NCBI GenBank assembly: GCA_020720965.1 | Contig: DYNS01000001.1 | Span: 1 to 40,362 of the forward strand | From: Anaerolinea sp. | Lineage (GTDB): Bacteria > Chloroflexota > Anaerolineae > Anaerolineales > Villigracilaceae | Length of the DNA stretch: 40,362 nt | Reading direction: 5' to 3' | In this document: in pieces, positions 35,522 to 40,362 of the stretch | How positions within the stretch are numbered: the stretch's first letter is position 1 | Layout: each line of letters starts with the position of its first letter | Notes under the pieces: generated by a model | The model's input: only the letters and a program-made list of their open reading frames with translations | Databases searched by the model: none | What the model was told of the DNA's origin: nothing | Translations under genes and position numbers: made by a program

Positions 35522-36688
35522 ATGGATAGTACCAAACACCTTTCCCGCCGGGTAGTCGGGCTAAAACCCTCCGGCATTCGCAAGTTTTTCGACATCGCCG
35601 CCACCATGAAGGATGTCATCTCCCTCGGCATTGGCGAACCAGATTTCACCACCCCTCAACCCATTTTGGAAGCGGGCGTGCGTTCTTTGCAAGCCGGAGA
35701 AACCCACTACACCTCCAACTCTGGTAAATTGCAACTGCGCCAGGGCATTGCCCAAAACCTGCAAAACCGCTACGGGGTGCAATACGACCCCGTAACCGAA
35801 ATCATCGCCACTGTTGGCGTTTCCGAAGCCCTCTACCTCACCTTTGTCGCCCTGCTAGACCCCGGCGATGAAGTCATCATTCCCACCCCCTGCTTTGTCT
35901 CCTACCAGGCGGAAGTTTACCTTGCCGGCGGCGTGCCGGTGGAAATTCCCAGCCGGATGGAAAACAACTTTCAGGTAGACCCGGAAGAAATTCGCAAGCA
36001 CATCACCCCACGCACCAAAGTCATCTTCATTGGCTACCCCAGCAACCCCACCGGCGCAGTTGCCGAGCGCGAAACCCTGCTGGAAATTGCCAAAATCGCC
36101 ATCGAACACGACCTGATGGTCGTCTCGGATGAAATTTACGACCGTCTTGTGTACGGCTTCGAGCATATCTGCTTCCCCTCCCTCGGAGAAGAAATCAAAC
36201 AGCGCACCGTTCTCCTGGGCGGATTTTCCAAAAGCCACGCCATGACGGGTTGGCGCATTGGGTACGCCGCCGCCCCTGCCGAAATCATTGCCGGGCTGGT
36301 TCGCATTCACCAGTACACCATCATGTCCGCCCCCACCACCGCCCAAGATGCCGCCCTGGAAGCCCTGCGCTGGGACAACTACGTGGATGAGATGGTGACA
36401 GAATATGACCGCCGCCGCAAACTGATTGTAAACGGGCTAAACCGCCTGGGGCTAACCACCTTCGAGCCTCGCGGCGCCTTCTACGCCTTCCCCAAAATCA
36501 CCGCCAGCGGCATGGACGATGAAGCCTTCGCCGAAGCCCTCCTCCACGAGGAGCATGTCGCCGTTGTGCCGGGCAGCGCCTTCGGCGCCGGGGGTGAGGG
36601 ATTTGTGCGTTGCTCTTACGCCACCTCCTACGAAAAAATAGAAGAAGCCCTACGCCGCATGGAAAAATTTATGGAGCGACACGGCTAG
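35522..36688 (+). CDS. Class I PLP-dependent aminotransferase (aspartate aminotransferase-like)
   Basis: 388 aa. ISLGIGEPDFTTP, GYPSNPTGAV, GFSKSHAMTGWRIGY (PLP Lys), and RCSYATS. Confidence 0.92.
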   Translation: MDSTKHLSRRVVGLKPSGIRKFFDIAATMKDVISLGIGEPDFTTPQPILEAGVRSLQAGETHYTSNSGKLQLRQGIAQNLQNRYGVQYDPVTEIIATVGVSEALYLTFVALLDPGDEVIIPTPCFVSYQAEVYLAGGVPVEIPSRMENNFQVDPEEIRKHITPRTKVIFIGYPSNPTGAVAERETLLEIAKIAIEHDLMVVSDEIYDRLVYGFEHICFPSLGEEIKQRTVLLGGFSKSHAMTGWRIGYAAAPAEIIAGLVRIHQYTIMSAPTTAQDAALEALRWDNYVDEMVTEYDRRRKLIVNGLNRLGLTTFEPRGAFYAFPKITASGMDDEAFAEALLHEEHVAVVPGSAFGAGGEGFVRCSYATSYEKIEEALRRMEKFMERHG

Positions 36689-36692
36689 ACAA

Positions 36693-36724
36693 CAAAAAAG
36701 AGCAGGGGCAACCCTGCTCTTTTC
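36693..36724. terminator. Bidirectional terminator between the convergent aminotransferase and DEAD-box helicase genes
   Basis: AGAGCAGGG (36699..36707), loop GCAA, CCCTGCTCT (36712..36720). Flanked by an A-run upstream and TTT downstream. Confidence 0.75.
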
Positions 36725-36729
36725 ATTCA

Positions 36730-38463
36730 TCAAGCCCGTTCCACCACAAAATCCTGTTTGCGAATGCTGTACCCACCCGCTTTGGCAAGTACCTTGCCCA
36801 CCAATTCGGCAGGCACATCCAACAGGGTGTGATGGTCTTCAATGTAAATTTTACCAATCACCGCGCCGGGGATGTCGGCATGGTAGGCAATCGCGCCCAC
36901 CACATCGCCGGGGCGAATACCATGCGCCCGCCCCATATTCATCGTCAGGCGCACCATGCCGTCCTCGTGCGAGGCGGCGGCAAAATCATTGCGCTTAAAA
37001 CTATCTCTGCGCTGCGGCTGCGGGCGGGAAGTGGGAAATTCGCGTTCCGCTCCGCGCTTTTCGCCGCCAAAGGGGCGTTCCCGGCGTTCCGGGCGGGCAC
37101 CGCCGCGCATCTTCTCACCCCGAAAGCGATTCTGTTCAAAATCCATCACCTCGCTGACGGCGGCAACCGGGCGCTGCTTTTCATCCGAGCGGGCAATCTT
37201 CAGGGCAATGGCGGCAAGTTCCAGCGGGTCCACCCCGTTTGCCACCATCTTCTCCACAATGGCGCGTTCCGCTTTGCTGCGTCCGCGCTGAATCCAGACA
37301 TTAATCTTGTTGATGAGTTCTTCCTCGCGCCGGGCAAGGATTTCTTCGGCGCTGGGCAGGGGCGCAAGGTTGAGTTTAGTACGGGCAAAGCGTTCAATCT
37401 CGCGCAGGCGGCGTTTTTCAAACGGAGTCACCAGGCTGATGGCGATGCCGGTTTTACCTGCCCGCCCGGTGCGCCCAATCCGGTGAACGTACACTTCCGC
37501 GTCATCCGGCACATCGTAGTTGAAGACGTGCGAGATGCCGTCAATATCCAAGCCGCGTGCGGCGACATCGGTGGCGACCAGAACCTTAATCTGTCCGGCG
37601 CGAAAGCGGTTAAGGGTGCGCTCGCGGGCTTCCTGCGCCAGGTCGCCGTTAAGCGCCTCGGAGGGAAATCCGCGGGTTGCCAGTTCGTTTGCCAGTTCGC
37701 CGGTTCCCGCACGGGTGCGGACGAAGATGAGGGCGGAGGTAATCGGCTCCACTTCAAACAGGCGGGTGAGGGCGGCAGTTTTGTCTTTTTCGTTCACCAG
37801 GTAGTAACGTTGCTCAATGGCAGCAACCGTTACTTGCTCGCGTTGAATGGACACCGATTGGGGGGCGTGCATATATTTATCTGCCAGGCGGCGAATCTCC
37901 GCAGGCATGGTGGCGGAGAAGAGGGCGGTTTGGCGCTCGGCGGGGGTTGCGGCGAGAATGGCTTCAATGTCCTCGATGAAGCCCATGCTGAGCATTTCAT
38001 CGGCTTCATCCAGCACAACGGTACGGATTTCGCTGAGGTCTAAGATACCCCGGTTGAGCATATCCAGCAGCCGACCAGGGGTGCCAACGACTACATCCAC
38101 CCCGCGCCGCAGTTGGGAAATTTGGCGGGCATAAGCAGAGCCGCCATAAATGGCAAGCACCTGCGCGTTGCAAAACTGCCCTAGCGAGGTCATTGCCTCA
38201 GCGACTTGCAGAGCCAGCTCGCGGGTGGGAGCCATGACGAGGGCTTGCGGGGCGCGTTTTCCGTTTTCTAATTTGTGTAAAATGGGGAGGGCGAAGGCGG
38301 CGGTTTTGCCAGTTCCGGTCTGTGCCTGACCAATGACATCTACACCGGTCAGCATCAGCGGAATCATCCCGGCCTGAATGGGGGTCGGCTCGACGTAGCC
38401 GAGCGCGGTAATTGCCTGTGCCAGTTCGGAGCGCAGGTTAAGTGCGGAAAATTCGGTTGTCAT
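36730..38463 (-). CDS. deaD: DEAD-box ATP-dependent RNA helicase (DeaD/CsdA-like) with a C-terminal DbpA-type RNA-binding domain
   Basis: 577 aa. Q-motif TPIQ, AQTGTGKT, VLDEADEML, SAT, and HRIGRTGRAG. An Arg/Gly-rich linker precedes the C-terminal domain MVRLTMNMGRAHGIRPGDVVGAI. Confidence 0.95.
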   Translation of the reverse strand: MTTEFSALNLRSELAQAITALGYVEPTPIQAGMIPLMLTGVDVIGQAQTGTGKTAAFALPILHKLENGKRAPQALVMAPTRELALQVAEAMTSLGQFCNAQVLAIYGGSAYARQISQLRRGVDVVVGTPGRLLDMLNRGILDLSEIRTVVLDEADEMLSMGFIEDIEAILAATPAERQTALFSATMPAEIRRLADKYMHAPQSVSIQREQVTVAAIEQRYYLVNEKDKTAALTRLFEVEPITSALIFVRTRAGTGELANELATRGFPSEALNGDLAQEARERTLNRFRAGQIKVLVATDVAARGLDIDGISHVFNYDVPDDAEVYVHRIGRTGRAGKTGIAISLVTPFEKRRLREIERFARTKLNLAPLPSAEEILARREEELINKINVWIQRGRSKAERAIVEKMVANGVDPLELAAIALKIARSDEKQRPVAAVSEVMDFEQNRFRGEKMRGGARPERRERPFGGEKRGAEREFPTSRPQPQRRDSFKRNDFAAASHEDGMVRLTMNMGRAHGIRPGDVVGAIAYHADIPGAVIGKIYIEDHHTLLDVPAELVGKVLAKAGGYSIRKQDFVVERA

Positions 38464-38718
38464 ACAAAATCCTTGTTTTCAAAATTCGGCAGGCTTGCGG
38501 TTCTTGGACGACTTGTAAACCAGCCGCCCGCCGGTGAAAAGACTTTGTTTTGACAACCCCGCACTTACAAGCGGCTCTTGCGAGCCGGGTCCCAAGCGCA
38601 TAGGATTTCTCTTATGCAACAAAAATGCCCGTCTTTCGTGCGGCGGGCAATCATTTGGAGGTCTCAAAACAATGTCCCAAGCGTTCGCGTTTGTGCAACG
38701 CGGCGCGAGATTGTATCA
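38464..38718 (-). promoter_or_regulatory. Extended -10 promoter plus a long (~240 nt) structured 5' leader of the DEAD-box helicase gene
   Basis: The minus strand reads TGaTACAAT (38718..38710). The leader contains a GNRA hairpin GGCUC-GCAA-GAGCC (38586..38573). It also has a terminator-like hairpin UGCCCG...CGGGCA (38649..38626) followed by U5 (38625..38621). Long-range complements are 38526..38533 with 38641..38648, and 38512..38518 with 38565..38571. Confidence 0.4.
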
Positions 38719-38774
38719 CAACCCGGCGAAAGGCGTGAGGGCAATTTGGGAAGAGATGCTTATTAAATGGCATA

Positions 38775-38793
38775 CTCCCGCCAGGGGCGGGAG
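38775..38793 (-). terminator. GC-rich hairpin downstream of the small Cys-rich gene (possible non-canonical terminator)
   Basis: CTCCCGCC-agg-GGCGGGAG, an 8-bp perfect stem. On the minus strand it is followed by an A/U-rich sequence but no clean U-tract. Confidence 0.3.
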
Positions 38794-38859
38794 CAGCCAA
38801 GACCAACTCAGAGGGAGGAGAGAGTTTTCTACGCAGACGACATGCGCGTCATCTGGTAT

Positions 38860-39075
38860 TTACAGGGGGGAATGGTTGGGGTTTGTGCCGCACCAGGCGC
38901 AGGTGGGCTTATCCAACAGGTTGCATTCCTCGGCGTTGGAACAGCGCCGCGCGGCAACCCGGGGAGAATCGGGTAAAAAATCTACCGGGTAAATAACTTC
39001 GGTTTCAAAGGCAACTTCTTGCCCGGCATGGTCGCAATACTGAACTTTGGTCACTTCCCATTGTTTTTGAGCCAT
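38860..39075 (-). CDS. Small Cys-rich hypothetical protein (71 aa)
   Basis: Internal Met of track ORF 38860..39201, with GGAGG 7 nt upstream: MAQKQWEVTKVQYCDHAGQEVAFETEVIYPVDFLPDSPRVAARRCSNAEECNLLDKPTCAWCGTNPNHSPL. Five Cys, including a CxxC. Confidence 0.55.
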   Translation of the reverse strand: MAQKQWEVTKVQYCDHAGQEVAFETEVIYPVDFLPDSPRVAARRCSNAEECNLLDKPTCAWCGTNPNHSPL

Positions 39076-39202
39076 AAGAGTACCTCCATGTGAATGAGGT
39101 GAGTGTACCCGTCTGTCTCTTGTCCTGCCAGTGACAGCCGTCACCAACCCCGGCGACAAATTGCACATATTGGATGACAAGTGTCCTATTTGTACCAGCA
39201 AG

Positions 39203-39208
39203 TATAAT
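39203..39208 (+). promoter_or_regulatory. Candidate -10 box for the S9 peptidase gene
   Basis: TATAAT (39203..39208), 30 nt upstream of ATG 39239. SD AGGAG lies in between. Confidence 0.35.
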
Positions 39209-39238
39209 CACCCCATTCTTTTCTCTCAGGAGATTTCT

Positions 39239-40362
39239 ATGCCCAAAACAACCCTCCCTTACGGTTTGTGGAACTCTGGCATTCGCCCAGAGATGATGGC
39301 GGAGCGTCCCCGCCTGGATGACGCTCTTTTTGATACCCTCACCGAAACCCTGGTTTGGAAGGAAACCCGCGCCGGGCAATCCCTTCTCTTTGCCCGCCAG
39401 GGAGAAGACTCTCCCTTTGTCATTTCCAGTAGCCTGAAGGTGGGGGCGGGGGTTGGCTATGGCGGCGGAGATTTTACCGCCGGAGCCGGGATGGTCATCT
39501 TCGTCAGCGGCGGCAGGTTGTACCGCGTAAACCTGCCGGATGGACAGCCTCGCCCCATTACCCCCGCCTTTGGCGCGGCAGCCTCGCCTGCCCTCTCGCC
39601 GGATGGCTCTCTTGTCCTTTTCGTTCACTCTTACGAAGGGCAAGATTGCCTCGCTCTGGTCGATACGCAGGGCAGCGCCTGGCCCCAAAAACTCATCTCC
39701 GGTGCAGATTTTTACATGCAGCCCGCCTGGCATCCTTCCGGCGAGCAAATTGCCTGGGTGGAGTGGAATCATCCGCACATGCCCTGGGTTTCCAGCCGCA
39801 TCCAAACCGCCGACTTTCGCCAGGGGCAGGCAAGCACCCCTCGCCCTGTATGTGGCGATGAGAGTACGCCCACCTTTCAGCCCTGCTACTCGCCAGATGG
39901 CAGCTTCCTCGCCTTCCTTGCCGGGGATGGGGAGTGGGACAGCCTGCGCCTGCTTCATCTGCCAACCGGCGAAGAGCGCTCTCTTGTCCAAAATGTCAGT
40001 TTGCTAGACCCCGCCTGGGTGCAGGGAATGCGCCTGCTTGCCTGGCAAGGCTCGGAGTTGTATTTTCTTTCGCAGGAACGGGGGATTCGCTCGCTCTGGA
40101 GGCAGAACCCGCAAACCGGGCAGCCGCCTCAGCCGGTGGAGACCTCACCCTTCACCTGGCTCTCGCAAATCAGCATTTCCCCCGCCGGAAAAATCTCCCT
40201 GCTTGCCTCCTCTCCGCAGCATCCAGAGCAGTTAATTTGCCAGTCGGCGCAGGGCTGGCAGACGCTCGCCCGCACCGAGCGCAGTCCCCTCAACCCGGAG
40301 GAGATTTCCACCCCTCAAGACTTCACCTTCCTCACCGCCGGGGGCGCAAGCGCCCAGGCATG
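39239..40362 (+). CDS. S9-family (prolyl oligopeptidase / acylaminoacyl-peptidase-like) serine peptidase; N-terminal beta-propeller part, 3' end beyond the window
   Basis: Absent from the ORF track (no stop in the window). My translation from ATG 39239 (AGGAG 6 nt upstream) is open to the window end: MPKTTLPYGLWNSGIRPEMMAERPRLDDALFD...SPALSPDGSLVLFVHS...QPAWHPSGEQIAWVEW...PCYSPDGSFLAFLAG... The repeated SPDGS-hydrophobic blades are typical of TolB/S9 propellers. The catalytic domain is not in the window, so the product call is tentative. Confidence 0.65.
   Translation, partial: MPKTTLPYGLWNSGIRPEMMAERPRLDDALFDTLTETLVWKETRAGQSLLFARQGEDSPFVISSSLKVGAGVGYGGGDFTAGAGMVIFVSGGRLYRVNLPDGQPRPITPAFGAAASPALSPDGSLVLFVHSYEGQDCLALVDTQGSAWPQKLISGADFYMQPAWHPSGEQIAWVEWNHPHMPWVSSRIQTADFRQGQASTPRPVCGDESTPTFQPCYSPDGSFLAFLAGDGEWDSLRLLHLPTGEERSLVQNVSLLDPAWVQGMRLLAWQGSELYFLSQERGIRSLWRQNPQTGQPPQPVETSPFTWLSQISISPAGKISLLASSPQHPEQLICQSAQGWQTLARTERSPLNPEEISTPQDFTFLTAGGASAQA

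Noticed and set aside
36610-38043. A 477-aa ORF on the plus strand.
   Set aside because: It is antisense to the DEAD-box helicase, which has all the canonical motifs. Its translation is Gly/Ala/Arg-rich with no domain signature.
38534-38992. A 152-aa plus-strand ORF, including an internal GGAGG-ATG at 38672, in the deaD upstream region.
   Set aside because: Its composition is not protein-like, the SD spacing is about 10 nt, and it runs antisense into the small Cys-rich gene. The region is better explained as the deaD leader.
39005-39991. A 328-aa minus-strand ORF.
   Set aside because: It is antisense to the SD-preceded plus-strand S9-peptidase frame that stays open to the window end. Its translation is Gly/Arg/Ala-rich, and its 3' end would also overlap the small Cys-rich gene.

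Overview
This is a 40.4 kb, GC-rich (upper 50s % by eye), densely coding bacterial chromosomal segment, and it is mostly housekeeping. I saw no rRNA, tRNA, CRISPR array, transposase or integrase. Gene content and style hint at a Chloroflexota/Terrabacteria-like lineage, but that cannot be established without a database search.

Minus-strand block (1-8785):
- A PucC/BCD-family MFS transporter, partial and missing from the ORF track.
- recN, a B-box zinc-finger membrane protein, and nadK.
- A Cas4-like PD-(D/E)XK nuclease split into two translationally coupled, TM-anchored ORFs.
- An AT-rich P-loop kinase-like gene, gatB, an enoyl-CoA hydratase, and a small acidic-tailed protein.

Plus-strand nuo operon (8951-24196): a complete 14-gene nuoA-N operon. 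It is colinear except for a HEPN + minimal-nucleotidyltransferase (toxin-antitoxin-like) pair wedged between nuoE and nuoF. An odd AT-rich heptamer-repeat/palindrome spacer sits between nuoF and nuoG.

Remainder of the window:
- Convergent gltB-gltD (glutamate synthase).
- trxA, a class I/II aminotransferase, pcrA/uvrD, a sugar nucleotidyltransferase, and an AspAT-like aminotransferase.
- A convergent DEAD-box helicase with a long, structured leader.
- A small Cys-rich protein and the 5' part of an S9-type peptidase, which is also missing from the ORF track.

Findings most worth follow-up:
- The HEPN/MNT module locked inside the complex I operon.
- The split, membrane-anchored Cas4-like nuclease with no CRISPR context.
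- A triple GGGTAC-core repeat over the gltB promoter.
- Recurrent leaderless-type promoter/start-codon geometry.

All calls come from reading motifs in the supplied translations and the DNA. No searches were run, and start codons are inferred from SD spacing.
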